This document shows, in pieces, positions 28,102 through 42,700 of a stretch of 64,000 nucleotides of DNA (within the stretch, counting starts at the first letter, position 1; every line of letters starts with the position of its first letter). Below the pieces are notes generated by a model that had not been told where the DNA came from, made no database searches, and saw nothing but the letters and a program-made list of their open reading frames with translations. A program made the translations under genes and the position numbers. The stretch is from Ophelia neglecta (Eukaryota), in contig OZ260661.1 in assembly GCA_965285935.1 (NCBI GenBank), forward strand, positions 125,550,001 to 125,614,000, in the 5' to 3' direction.

Positions 28102-28813
28102 CCAAGATGCAGGTTCAGGGCAGCATGTCATTATTGGCTGACTATCAAGCCAGAACACATACGATGAAATTTGCTGGCATGACTATAGATACATCCGTCG
28201 CCCACATGTCTCCACAAAGTATGTGGTTGAAAAGAATAAAACTTTATGGTTTGATTTGTTTAAAAATATCAGACACATAGCGGTTCTATGCAGTCAGGAA
28301 ACATAAGAAGTCATCAGTAAAATTGAGTAATATTCTTTCCGAAATGCTTTTAACATTTAGAACAAAACTTCACTATTTTCCTAATCAACACGTTTCTAAC
28401 ATCGACTTAGAAAAATAAGAAATCGGGCACACTTAGATTATTTTGAATGCCCCAAATATTACTTGAGAGCTAGTGTTGTAGTCGCTTTCTGATCAGGCAT
28501 TTCCACTGGACGACCAGTGCATCTACCATTTACCCTTTTGCTTTTTACCATACTTCTGACTTACCTATCCTGGTGGCGGAGTTCTGAAAGGAATACACTG
28601 CACACCATATAACTCGACTTTGGCCGTTTGCAATTAATACCCCTTGACAATGTTTATTTTCTATTTATGTTGACATATGATGAACTCACTGCTGGTAATG
28701 TGGGCCAGTGACTGGCTTTGAGAACTCAATTGGTACGGAAAGTCTCAGCAATTCCCCATTGAACACATGAGAAAATACTTTGGATTAATCTTGCATCCCA
28801 CGACCGGATGAGG
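28102..28813 (+). repeat. Local direct duplication, copy 2 (about 145 bp longer, extra sequence near 28460-28640)
   Basis: Same collinear blocks as 26766-27333, interrupted by unrelated sequence. Confidence 0.9.
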
Positions 28814-29881
28814 TTTTACTTCACTCGTTTATTGGTTTTTTTATCCGCAAAACGCATGTTTCAAAGATTTACTTGATTTGTTCGATTCACGATAAGCTGT
28901 CAGTTGTTGATCGTCTTATTTGCACAAATAATAACTACTGAAGCCAATTTCTTTGGATTCCTTGAATAATATTACAGCTGCTGGAACAGTATTTATTAGC
29001 TGGTTATTATTATATAAGCCACTGTCAGAATCACAAAAGTTTAACCTTAAGAACAAAGCCAATTCAAAGACAAAGAATGGAACCATTTATTGTTCCATAT
29101 GCAACTTGATATGGCAGACGTTTATAAGAACACTTTTTTCAACCAGACTATTGCTCTGAATAGCGACGGTGTCCACCAATTCTGATTATAACCATTTAGG
29201 TATCAAGCCTTTCTCCGTTCTCTAGAAAGCTTGTGTAATAGATGACTCACATTATGATCATCATTTTCGATTTCAATGAGAAAGGTCAAGACTGGGATAA
29301 GGATTCATATCCTTACTAACGTTACGAGTTGCGCACAGGGCTCCGGGAACACAGTGAGGTCACCACTAAAAGTGATCATTATCACACTGAAAAGTTTCGA
29401 AGATACATTTGTGCCATGAATTCTAGCTTGAAGTAACGTGCCATAACAATGTATTTGGTTTAAATATTGTTTACGATTGAGTATTTCACTCTCAGAGCTG
29501 GCTTTCTAGGATATATCTCGGACACTAAGCAAACAGGTCTACTTGTCCTCTTGATTTTCAATCAAATGTAATTCAATTCAAATTTATAACTATAGAACAT
29601 AAGGGAAATATAGAAAACAATATAATTTACACACTAAAAGACAATATATCATACACCAGTGACGATTGTACTTGGATTCAACTATGTGTCCCTTCAAAAC
29701 ATGACACATGGAAGCACGTATGGAAATTCAAAAGCATACTAAGTACTAAGCATGATTATTTTATCCAACAGAAGCCCATCAAATATTATAATCCATATTT
29801 AAAAGTGGTGTTTTTATCTGAAAAATAAACATTTTGGTGTTGTTTACTTGATTTGCAGGTTCAATGGTTCCATGGAACGTT

Positions 29882-29977
29882 TTGCGCGGACTTAAGCGTC
29901 CTGATGACATACACTGCTGGCAAACACCTAACCACCTTGTCTAGACATTTATCTGGCGTGTCAGCAGTGAAGCCCAC
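29882..29977 (-). other. Orphan copy of the cassette upstream block with no intact exon behind it
   Basis: Blocks TTGCGCGG, CTGATGACA, CACTGCT, AACACC, ACCACC, GTGT, AAGCCCA occur in the same order as TTGCGCGG, CTGATAACA, CACCGCT, AACACC, ACCACC, GTGT, AAGTCCA at 2264-2366. Confidence 0.4.
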
Positions 29978-32900
29978 TCAATTATCCATCATCCTGCTTC
30001 GGGTACCGTCTACTAGCAAACCACCGTCCAATCTTCACATAATCACGCGCACGCCGTGTTTGACATCTAGATGAATCCAGATCTAAATAGGTAAAGGAGA
30101 TTACCCTCTTTCCACCTTGAATGTCACGCTCTCGTACATGAGATTATCAGGCTCACACCTGCTGTCCCATATACCACATTGAAGATTAAATTGGGGCGAT
30201 CATATTCCACAATATTCCAAATTGAGGTGAGATACGATATTAATCAGGCGCTGGGGCAGGGTTCAGCTTACATAAATGAAACGTTGGAAATATACATCAG
30301 GATGAACAAAGTATTGGTGATTACGAGAAAGTCATATTATATATTTTTATCATTTAAACAAACTTTTTCAATTGTTTCACGATACTTTCGATATTAGCAT
30401 GAACCAACTTCCATCTGCATTATATAAAAGGTTTACAGGCCTTAAATATCTCATTTCGTCTTGTTTTACTCTGAAATGGGCAGTTCAGACGGTGTTGTTG
30501 GCGGTGGTTGTTATGGGAGTAAACCCAAAATATCCGGCTACTCTGGGCTATCAAAGCCCGTATGGGGGTAAATAAAAATAAAATTTGATGTCACATGTCA
30601 ATTGTACTTAGAATTAGTCAACAGTTGTTGCATTATGCTAGTCACAGCACAAAATGAACAAGCCAGTTGTCAACATAGGACAGGTATGATACGTGTCGTG
30701 GGACGCAAACCGGGAATATATACCCAGCAGACAAGACAAATCGTTAATACAGTACGTCACATCCGTCCGAGCGTATATTATGGACTAAGATATCTCATAA
30801 TTGCGAGACCAAAAACAAATTTCCTGAATAAACAAAATACCAGAGAAGGAGATAAAAAGGAAAGTGATTTTATATCTCCGCCTCAGGACAATCAAAGGTT
30901 CACTATTGAAAGTCATCAAGTGACCCTTTTATTGTGACTGTACACGTGCGTAAGCAACATACGATGTATATCAGAATGACGCAGATGCACAAGATCCCTA
31001 GGTTTACATGAGTAAAATAGATCACTCTAAGCTATTACGGGCGCGGTTACTGCTAATGAGATAAACTTTTCAAAGAGTTTGATCCAATAATTAAATGTCA
31101 ACCGGACCCTAACGCTATCCATTTGGTATCTCGTACTTTAGTCGTGTAACTTGAAATAGTTTCAGCGTTGCTCGAAGAAACGTTCAGTGCGCAACTTGGT
31201 CAAATGCACGGTCGATAACTATGCCGATAAGACAATCATATATCCTCTATACTCACGAATGCAAATATCACTGTGTCGGCCAAACCTAGTTATTCCAGTT
31301 ACACACTGATTTTATTTGATCTACATTGAGTACCTTTAACGTATAGTCATATTCTTCAGCGAAAACATGTCAAAGACAGGGAGTTCTGTTTTTTTGAACA
31401 GTTAACAATCCATGTGCTATTATCCAGCTGTCGAGTAGATACACAGAGAAAACAGAAAGATCAATGATGGGTGATTAGGCCAACCGAGAAGTACTGTTAT
31501 GTTATAAATATGATTGCTTTCCTAGATATTATATTGGTGGATATTCAACAACACCATGACCACAGAGAAATTGGCTCATTAGGTAGAAACGCCTTGTTGG
31601 AGTAATTGATCGGTCAGACACCAAAGAGTGCTGGCGATTTGTTATGCTAAGTTTTTAGAGCGCGGATAAAACTATTTACTTTTGTATATTATTTTTGATT
31701 CTCTGACTATTATTCGTAGTTGGTTTAACGAAAATAATATGACAAACATGCGGGAAAATGTCGACCCCATTTGATGTTATATTGTCCTTATAAAGTATTT
31801 AAATTATTACGCTAATGCAAAGCAGTTGGTTCACAGCCTTTGCGTAAACAGCGAAAGAGAAACATGTGGAGAAAGTAGCGATGGCCAAGCTAAGTAACGG
31901 TTAAGATGAACACAATGTTCCCCCTTCCAATACTAATTGATATCCAGTACAAATTTGGAATGAATTGGTTAGATTTTTGTTGTGTCATGGCTCTTATTTT
32001 AGCCGATTTAAATACCCTTTCAGATTTCGCTTACACAAAGCCTCTACATTCACAACGTGTCACATATGTCCCAGATTGGGACACACAATAGATCCTCTAA
32101 TGGATGGTTGATTTTTATTAGAACCACTATGACATTTGCTTTACAACGTCACTGGACATCAGCGAAGATCTGGAATGGCTCGTGGCATTAACGATAAAAT
32201 TATAGCTCTCCATTTCCATGGTGATATTTGCCGCTACAGAAAAGACGTTGTTAAATGCCTTCCTAATGTGTAGGCTCTTGTTTTAATCTGTATTACTTTG
32301 CTTTTATTTTCAATAAATATTTAAAATGCATTTCAGGGTTAGACCTTCGTTGCACGTAAGGAAGTACCAGGGAATTTAAATAAGATCCTTAAGTGCTCTG
32401 AAATTTGTTTTGCTCTTTCTAGAATATGACTAAAAGTGATGTATAATAACCCATCATATCCAGTGTCTATAATGGCCAGGAATAAAACTACAATAAGCTA
32501 GCATTGTTTGCGCTAGGGTCATATTTCCATTAAGCAAGCATCGAATGGACACTACAATAGGAAGTTCAGATTATATTGGCTAGACATGTCCACAGTGTGA
32601 TTGTGTAAATAATATCCGATGTATTATATAAATGGGAATTAGAAAAAGCTTAAGACCGCAGCAATAAAATAAGGGTTATGTGAATTGACCCACAGGGATT
32701 CATTCCCCAAGAACTAATCTTTCTGGTATTTAACGATGATAATTCTTGCGGCTATTGATGCACCAATAACGTTTTCAAAATGTCTGCCTATGCCTTGTGG
32801 TCACGTAAGTTTTATTTGTGTTTAAAATAGGCTGGAACACAATTACATAGTGCCAGAGGCTCTCTGTCCTAAAGCTATATTTCCCTTTTCCCATACTATT

Positions 32901-35900
32901 GAATTATGGTATGTTATATATTGGCTTACAGTTAAGTCATTTTACTACACAGTCTTGCTTGCTATAATACAGTTTTTAAAACCACATGGCTCGTAGTCCT
33001 ATTTCATCCTTTAAATCAACTTCCAGTCGAGTGATTTCTCAATAACATCACGATATTCCGGACAGAACATTTGAGCTGGGCAAAATGAATTCACTATGTA
33101 TGGCTAAATTTTTCCCTTTTATATCTATATGTTCGTCATATCTAACAATGCATAACAAAACAGAGCTACTACTTATATTATTGTACAGTGAGTATTCAGC
33201 CTTTTAAGATATAACGGTTGGACAAATGCTACTTCCGCCCATACCAAAAACGAATTATGTCCTAGTAGTCATTCCCAGAACAGGACTGTTCCTTAATGGT
33301 TTACACACCAATTCCTTTCTCATTGGTGACCATTATGACATAATATATGATATCTATATATATTTATATATACGAGAAGCACTATATTAATTGGACTAAA
33401 TTCATCTAAACACGCCATCGTTGCACCAGATTAAATAGTGCTATATAGCATAAAAACCAAACCACGGCGAGGCACTCATATATATATATATGTATATGTT
33501 GTTGAATTTATTTGCAAATAAATAAGGTTAAATTTTTATATTCATTTGGACGACAAATGCGTATTTTATGCAATAGATTGCTTGGAAAGGCTACGGGTGG
33601 CAGCAGTTTTGGTATGTTCAGCCTGTCCTGACTAGATGACTATGCGTGGTTGGCTAAGAAAACACTTATCTCCACGCACCTCCTTCGTTGTGGGTTGGGA
33701 GAAGGCGATATGTTATACTATATAACCTACTAAAGAAACTACGTGAAGTAGCCGGCAAATAGCTGCACTAAATAATCACCTTCTGCGAAATATTTAAGTA
33801 ACGCACATTTCGTGGTAACTCTTTTATCTGACATTAATTATTTAGAACATGTTCTAATAGTTTGGGAAAAAAAAAACACAGATGAACTTAAATACGTGAG
33901 TCAGTTAGTCGAGCTGGGAAAAAAAGATGTAAAACTATACTAGCTACGTACGGCAATCGTTAACCAAGCATTAGTGGTGACATACAAGATCTCATTTCCA
34001 ACCCAACACAGAGAAAATCGGCCATCATTTTTCCAATTTACCGCCGGATAGCAAGGGCTTATCTGAAACACACGAATACCATGATTCGTTTATGCCGGCG
34101 ATTTTCTAAATGCCCACCTAGTTCAAACTATCGATTGCAAGACTGACCACTAGGCAGGGAAAATCGCAAGGTTGCTATGGAGGGTTGGCCAGTTACTATG
34201 GAAGAAACGAAATCATCGGTAATGTCGCAAAGGGGTGAACATATAATGTTTCGGGAATGGATATTTCAGAATATAATTTGTATCATTTCGTGGCTAGGTT
34301 TAAGTTGATGGTATTTTCCTTAATTATAATTCCACTTAAGTCATATTTGGAACGTCGATAGCATTAAATATGTTAAATATAGTTTATTTCTGTCAGTGTA
34401 AATGTTGGTATTGCGTCAACACTTTCTAGCGTGTACTCGGGTTCAAGCATATGATGGCTTCATTTCGAATGGCTCCTAATGATTTCGGCCCTATAAATGG
34501 ACAAGTCTAGATTAATGATTCGGCTTATCTTTCGTGTATCCGCTTTCTTCTCCAAAAGAACAGGACCAATCGGATGTTTGGCCCTTATGATGTTTAGTAT
34601 GTTCGTTCTTACTATGAACAGGCAACCTCGATAGGTTAGTGAGACAACCAACATACCGTTTAAAGCTCCTAGGTCATTTAAAAACATGTAAATGTGGGAC
34701 CGGACTGACGGGTATGTGTATGCTACGTCAAAACAACACGCGGTCATTACAAGACAGAATATGTTAAACGACTGAAGGTTGTATGATGGCTTACTCCCTT
34801 GTGAAATCAAAGAGTATTACTTTTTTTTTTACATTTTCCTTTCCTGTTGATACACTTTGCCATATTAAAAGAGAAGTGAACAGAGATATATCCTTATGCA
34901 TAAAAATATCGTTTTCAGGCGTTTGGTATTGATCACAAAAGATGCACTGATTTGGAACGAAAGCTTAAGGTGGGTTATACGTATGCATGGATCACCTATT
35001 GATATGGTATGCTCAAAAGAATTCGATTATATGCGATTGTATGTTGCGTTAAGCAATAAAAGGTCCTTCATTTATCGGTTAAATGATAGTAGTTTTCCGC
35101 CTGATTCAAATTGCCCAGTGATGGCTTTACACAGCCAGGCTTCTTCAGAAGCTAGATAAAAATTCTTCAACTTTCATCAAACTATAAAACACCAACATTT
35201 CTCAAGACACTGTAATAATTTGTTTTCGTCGACGCATACCCACCCACTGCTGATCCCGTACTGATAGCTCGACGTCTTGATGCAGTAATCACCTGTGAGA
35301 AACCTGCCGGGTCGCTATCAGTATGGTTCAAATGAATGCAAAACAGAGGCGATGTGAGGGCGCGTGTATGATAAAAATGAATGTATCAAACTCACAGCTA
35401 CTTAGTCATTTAGTTATTAGAGGGAATTTGTTTCAGGACGGGAACCTCCTCCCATCCCTTCAGTCACCCAGAAATCCACATACCATGGGCAATAGAAGAC
35501 GGTATTCTTGTGGGATGCTATCAGAGGCAGTTTGATTAGCTAAAAGGGGGAATTTGGTTCCAGCCGCCACCGCATACTTCCAAACCTCGTCCACCCAGGC
35601 AATAAAATCAACAGCGCCAGCCAGCGGCTGGTTGAAATTGAGCCAATGGATCCGCGGAGTAAGCAGTAGTGAGTCACATTATCTCAGAATTCCGATGTCA
35701 TTTTCCTAATGGGCATTACTTTAACGTCAATCTCCTAGCTGTAGAGAAAAAAACTAACAATTCGAATTTGATTGATACTTCTGGTTAGTGCTATGAGGTT
35801 GCTATGCGGTAGTTATTTCATGTTAGACCAACATGAATGTTGCCGGTTTCCTGGGATAATATGACACTAGCAAGTGAACAGAATTGCGAAGTTGTCTGGT

Positions 35901-37883
35901 GTTAGAACGAATAACGACCACATAAATTAATAATGCCTTCCCTTTCTACACTTAGACTGTTAAGTTATTATTTCTGACCTCGAAATGGGCGAATTTTGAT
36001 TGTTTACGACGGAGTATTCTCCAAATTGCCTTCGTCTTGTCTCTCAATTGATATTCTTTTACGTTGGCATAGTGCCAAAGGCCTAAATTTAATGATATAA
36101 TTCACGATGCACTATTTTCCAGTAATTAGTATCATGCAAAAGCGTATTTGATTATCTTTTAATCTAATAGCTAGAAAAATCTTCTTAACAGATTTCAGAA
36201 ACCTTGTCCTTACGGCAAGTCAGCCAACTGTGTGTTAACAGGAAAATCTACTCGACATTTGTAGCACCCTATCCCCATGATGAATAATATCACATATTTT
36301 GTTGTAACAAGAGCACTCACAATTCCTCACACGTTCATTTCCGGGTCCACATAAAGTTGTCGTCGTTGGCTACGGACGCCACGTCCAGATTATGTATTGC
36401 GGCTTGATTGAGACAGATAACAAGGTAATTAGTGGCAAGGTAATGTCATCATTTCCTTGACATATTCATTAATACCAAGATTTTGTGATGGATAACTATA
36501 CATATGTAAACAGTGCATGTCTACACTATTTGCTCGAGTCCATGCATGAAGTTGCCATTTTTCTATGTAGACCAGTATCATATCAAGAAAACCCTGTGTC
36601 AGAACTACACTGCCATTTTAGAATTGGTAATCCAACTCAATCGAAGTTATATGAATACATCACATCCGAATACATGTTTTGGTTTCAATTAACATTTGAT
36701 ATTCAACTTACAATTTTTCTCTAAACATACAATGGACCTTCCCTTTGCGAATTAAGCATATACGACAAAAAGGTTGCATGTAGGCATGGCACAGGACCCA
36801 TCCCTTACTTTTCTACTATTATTCCCCTAGCTCAATCAAGGTATTTCCCATTCCTTATTTTATAACTGGCAACCTAAACCTACTGGCACAACAATGCCTA
36901 CTTATTCAGATGAAATGATTCTTCAACAACGCGTATTTTGTATGCAAATGGAGACGGCAAGAAAACAAATTTCCGAGAAGTCTGCATTTGAAAGGAATCC
37001 AAGGGATACAAGACAACTCTCTCTATGAATATCCAGTGCCATTGATACATCTGGAAAAGGAGAGTTTGATGAAGATTGACAACTCATTTGATACCTATCT
37101 TGAATTTCGAAATCATGGTGAAGATGGTCATAGTAGCGACTTGCTACTGGCTAGGATGACCATACGGAGGAACAATACAAACAAGAACATTTTACAATAA
37201 TGATTGGATAGCGTTCATTTTCAATGGTGAACGTTCCTTTGAATGTTTGTTCAACGTCTGAGAATTATACCTTTATGTGCCTACAGTTACAGAATCCAGA
37301 AGAATTATAACTGATTTGTCTGGTATGTTCTTGTTTCTTGAAATGTGTGTGCATGAAAAAAAAATGCTCAAAATCAAAGACTCAGCCTAGAAATTGGCAA
37401 ATGATTATTTTATTTTATTACTCTTCAGATGCCATTCGCAATGCTGTAATACTGTGATTGCAATGTGTAACAGCAGGTGGCATCATTATATTTGGGCAAA
37501 AAAATGCACAGGGCGATGAACTCTACGAAATAGAATATTGGTCTAAATAGGCGAGACGTCCTGTATAAACCTCAAGAGTTGGTGTCTTAGTTCACATAAA
37601 AATAATCAGGCTTATCAGCCAAAACCTTTAGATTGAAATACTCCGTTTCGCACTTCCGTATACGCTGTCACTACTTCGGACGTCCACCAACGTTTATTTT
37701 AGACAAGGTTCATAGTTCTAGACAAATCGTACCGATTGGGTTTCAACTGTTAACAAGTAAAAACAACGAAAGTGGATATCCGACAGACAAAGCAAGAATC
37801 AGGCATCAGGAAAAGTCCGTTAAAGTGGTCCAAATTCACCACCAGAAACTACCAGCCACAAGGCCAGATACACCAATCAGCAG

Positions 37884-38066
37884 GGCCGCTTTCTAGAAGC
37901 TGTATTAAGATTGGGCAATAGATAAACTTTTATGCCGATTAGCTGAGAACAAAGTGGCAAGATCTAATACCAAATCCAGCTACCAGAAACCCTGATTAGC
38001 AAGTTAACACTTTAATCACGTGTTTAATCCAACTTACTATTTAATACCGCTTCCAGAAACCGGGGC
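37884..38066. mobile_element. MITE, PIF/Harbinger-like
   Basis: Imperfect ~25-bp TIRs GGCCGCTTTCTAGAAGCTGTATTAA ... TTAATACCGCTTCCAGAAACCGGGGC, flanked by CAG on both sides (3-bp TSD); no ORF. Confidence 0.65.
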
Positions 38067-39279
38067 CAGCAGCCCAAGTCTTGGCTCACACTATATGACT
38101 GATATAGTCCTATGTAAAAGGGGTTCGTAACTCTTCAGTTGTCTGCCGGATATTATTAATTCATACTACTATAATCTGCATGGTGCGCCAAAAATGGTCC
38201 CAAGCGTTTGTCGTTCTAACACTTGCTATGTGTAATTGAATTACACGTTCCTCCTAAGTATACAGGGCCATTTAGCATCGCTCTATGGACAATTTCATCC
38301 TTAAATCCTTAATATCACGAGAGAGCTTAGACCAATATACTCTCCCCGGGGCATATTTCATCGCTTTTTCTACATTGACCACTCTCTTGATGAGTACTCA
38401 GACATTCTGGAAAACGATCGTCTGGCGCTTTCAAACAGGATGCCACGCTTTTTATTGAAAGGGATATAATTCTAGCAAGTAATCTTTGCAGGAGGACAGG
38501 GGATAAATTGTGTTCCTCTTCGCTATTCACTCGTCTCGAAACCACCCAGAATGCGTTCGGGAGATGTTCGCAGACAAATACGATCTACGTGTTTCTAAAT
38601 TTGACGTGGTTATACCGCTATGTACTATTAGGATTGGATAGCAAATGCTAACAGGCTAGTTCTTTCTCGACATTTCCCGCGGGAGCTCCTAGACCTGTGG
38701 CGCAATGTTCAGGGTGTGAACTCACCGAAAAGAAGAGCCGCCCTTCTCCCCCAAAGTGAACAGTATTTCTTTTGTGTATGCCTACCTTACACCATAACAC
38801 ATACGTATGGTTCACACACGAACGGAGTGGGGATTTGGTGTGGGAGAGGGAAATTCGAAATACATGTTATTAAGTGAACGAAGAAAGGCATCAGTACTAT
38901 TTCTAAAGGAAAGAACATTTAAACACATTTCAAGTGGATGTTATTAATTGTCGTTGATATGGGATGCTTTTGTGAATGTTAGTACTATAGGCGAATGATG
39001 TTTAATTTTTATTTTACTTACAATTACATACATCTTTACAACATTTGTGTTCACGTAGCATTAGATTTGGTGTTAAGACCAATAAGGTATCGTGCAAAAA
39101 TGACATGGCTGATCAAATGAGAACTATAAGTTAATTGGTTTCATGTGGCCGATACCTTTGGTTGTACGCTATTAAAGCCAAAGCAACTGACATAGAATCA
39201 AAGGAAACAGTTTAATAATCGTCTAAGATTATTATGCAAGTCGGATTCCGAGATTATGGGCTGCTGTCGCGAGTCTCAC

Positions 39280-39788
39280 CGAATAAATGGGGAATTGTAT
39301 ATACAATACGGGATAATTTCTACCACAGAGAGCAAAAAAGCGGCCACATTGCAGGAATTAGGCACAACTGGATAATTCCTGGTGAATCTTGCTATTATTA
39401 TGTATCTTAAGATACAGCATCGATTAAAAAAAAGAGTAATTTAAAGTATCTTCGACAACGATATTCGAACCAACAATGTTCGGACATAGTCTTGTGCAAC
39501 ACATCCCCTCCGCGCGGTATTTTTAGATACTGATGTACCGCCGTAGGGTCTTGTAAAACTGCCTCTGGCCAAGTGCCCTCCAGACACAGAATCCGTGTCC
39601 TGCCTATCAGCGGCCAGTCCACTAAACCGGGTCACCCAGCGCGGTGTGATTGGACACGCGGCCACGCTATCTGTGTCAAGCAACATTGCTGTCGGTACGC
39701 TCGCACTTGAATCGGGCTCGGCAATCTTCGGAAATTTGAAATTTGATATGTGCAGTCTGTCAGAGCTGTCATTATTGACGAGGCACAT
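39280..39788 (-). pseudogene. Possible decayed fifth variable cassette
   Basis: GC-richer ORF 39441..39788 has TPRWVTRFSGLAA (exon D: TPLRVTRPPPLLA) and DTDSV twice (exon A: FDTDSV). Past the TAA the frame stays open through a hydrophobic stretch to a CG|GTGAGA donor near 39280. Similarity is weak. Confidence 0.2.
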
Positions 39789-42700
39789 TGTATATCACAA
39801 TGGTATGTTTCATACTTTAATAATTATTTACATTTTACATTTTACACGTTGCATCCACACTGTACACATGATACTCCGATAAAAGGTTGCAGAGCGTCTT
39901 CCATTTTGAATGTGAGATGAAATTTACCAGGTATAACAAGCGAATGAAACACCTGATTCTACCACGATAAACACGGAGAAGTGAGCTGCCATGTTGGATC
40001 GAACAGCTGATCTGGGAAATCCCGAAGGTTGCCGAACGCAATGCTCAATCTAGGTCACAGCAGGTCAGAGTTCACAGCCTCGCTTTGACCGTAAATGCTA
40101 GGCTTTGCTGCGCCATCTCCCGGCCATTTCAGTGGGGCACTTGGCTGCAGGCAGTGTTATCAGGCTAAATGATAGGTAGCTCGCGGATTATACATTTAGG
40201 CTGGTGGAGTTAGACTAGTTCGGACATATTGTTGGAATCAAGACGTCTAAGTCAGAAGAGCTGTCTGGGTTTTGACAAGTAGCATTAAGCATAGAATGGA
40301 TTTGAAAAGCAGTAAGTTTTAGAAGAATTTAATTAATGGCAATCAGCTCTGGCCATTCACGGAGAGTAGGTTTTTTTCCTCGGTTAACATTGGTCAATTA
40401 CCTAAAAAAATGTATACTAAACAAATTATGGAAATGAAATTGAAAGTCCTACACGAAAAGATAGCACATAAGAGACAGAATTAAACGCATACAATTATTC
40501 ACGAGCAAGGACTATCAGGAACCCAGTGTAATTAAGGCTAGTCGGTATCAATTTAAATGTAATAAGCCACATTATGACAGGTGCTCTTATTATCATTCAT
40601 ATTTCATTTGACTTTAACATATACAATTAGGAATTCAACAATTTGGAAAGACAAAACGCTGTCGAATATATTAAAGGAAACAATGCTTCTCTAAATGGTA
40701 CCGACTTCTTCTTTCTTTACACTGCACATGGCCGCACAGTTTTTTCGTACAATCTTATCAAATACATGACGCGAAGATTTCAACTATTCACAATATTGCT
40801 CGGGATCAGCTGCTGCGTTTCACTTAAAGATGCGAGTTAAGGAAACAACATTTCAAGAAAGGAGCATAGCATTTTTCTATGATCGTGTTTTCACCATTTT
40901 CGTTCATATGAGTGACAACCCCCTAAGATGGCTCAGGCAGAAAGTGTATGCGGCAACAATACCAGTATGTATCTATAAAATATCCCTAAATAATAAGACC
41001 TTGTGTCTATTTTATAAAAAAAAAACTTATTGCGGCATACTATACAGCTATGCCTTTCTGGTCAATCATATGTCTAATAGATATTTGTGTGAGGCCTGCA
41101 AGAACAGTACGTCACTGCAACCTAAAGTAAATATCAAAATAAAAACGTCCCGATTTTATGATATCAATGGATTATTTTGGTAATTTTAACTTAAAATAAC
41201 CTGATTTTAGTCCATGCAGGCGAAATACCCTACCCCCCCCCCCCCTACACTCTTGCCATTCCAAAATGGCATGTCTACTCGGCATATTTGAACATGTCGG
41301 TCAACCATACTGCAGGAAAATTTACACAATGTTAGTTGCAAGAAGACTGTAGTCATGGTTACCACACTTCCCTTCAAATCGGTCAGTGATTTCTGTATCA
41401 ACCGGCATAAACTACCTCAGTGAACACTCAAATACACCAGCTAGTTGAAAAGAGACAAATAAAAATGATAAGCCCATTGTTGCCATAATTGTTATGTGCT
41501 GTCAGCATAGTTGCCATCAGTGAGATAAAAAATGAACAATTTACATATCGTTGCATGTATTTCAATAGTTCATGAAGAAAAGATAAGTGTTTTCTACATC
41601 CTGCTGGACCCCCATTCAGGTATTATAATTATATTGTAACCCAGAGGGTTTAGTTATTGCTTACTATCGCAGTGTGCACTCCCACTGAAACTTACTTAGC
41701 TTCATTTTCATTGACGGCAAGAGAAAAGTGTCTAATGCATCATTTATATTTGCCTTCCCATGAGCTAAAGAACAATATAATAGTCGAGGCGACACCTGGT
41801 TCTTTCACGTTAATGAATTTCGCCATTGTAATTTGCGTTGTATGAACAACGCCGCACTTACCGCTGGTAAAATCGACCGAGTCATTGCCTATACGGAATG
41901 ACTTACTCTATTCGCATGCCGCGGTGTCCGGCAAATGAATTTCGTCCTCTTCCCCGCATGCGCGCCGAACTACGTATCTAGGAATCACTAATTAATTGGA
42001 TGCGTCTGTAAACATATCAGGAAGAAAGGTTGAATGCCAGGTGTAAACATCACCAAGAGACCGAAAACTGTCATGTTTTCGATGAAGGTCCAATTGCCGC
42101 AAGCCGTTCGTTCCAAAGTATTGTTAAACATGTTCCCTGTTGATATTCAACCATTTCCTGTCTTAAACATGCGAGGAGGATTGTGACGATCTCAATGGTG
42201 GGACGTTTGAAGGACTAAAGTGATATGAAGGACTTTGTAAGTGTGCATCAATGAGAACATATCGCACAAATACGACATTTCGCATCACTCAACAGGTGCA
42301 CAAGTGTCTTTTTTGAAGGTCTGAGTTATTCATTCCACACGGGCCGTACTAGTGTATTCAGTACGGCCGTGTTACCTTTGAATGTTTATATCTTGAATAG
42401 CTCCGACTGGCCATGAGGCTGATAGTAGCCGGCGAATCTTTATTCTTTCCACTTGGAGAAGCACAGATAAAAAAATCATTGCTACCAATAAACTCTATGT
42501 GGTTGTTTATCACGTATCATCTTCTTTCGGTTTACCTGTGTTTTCTTAAATATGTTTACATCTTATATGCTGTTGACTGATATTGTTATTTTGTAATGTA
42601 CATTGGTGTTGGCATTATCTGATCTGATTTCAATGTCCAAATTTATTTTACTTCTTCCTTTTTTTAATAAACCACCACCCCCACCACTTAACACTCACTT

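Noticed and set aside
38380-38420. TGATGAG...GAAA as a possible hammerhead ribozyme core
   Set aside because: Lacks the CTGANGA core and pairing stems.
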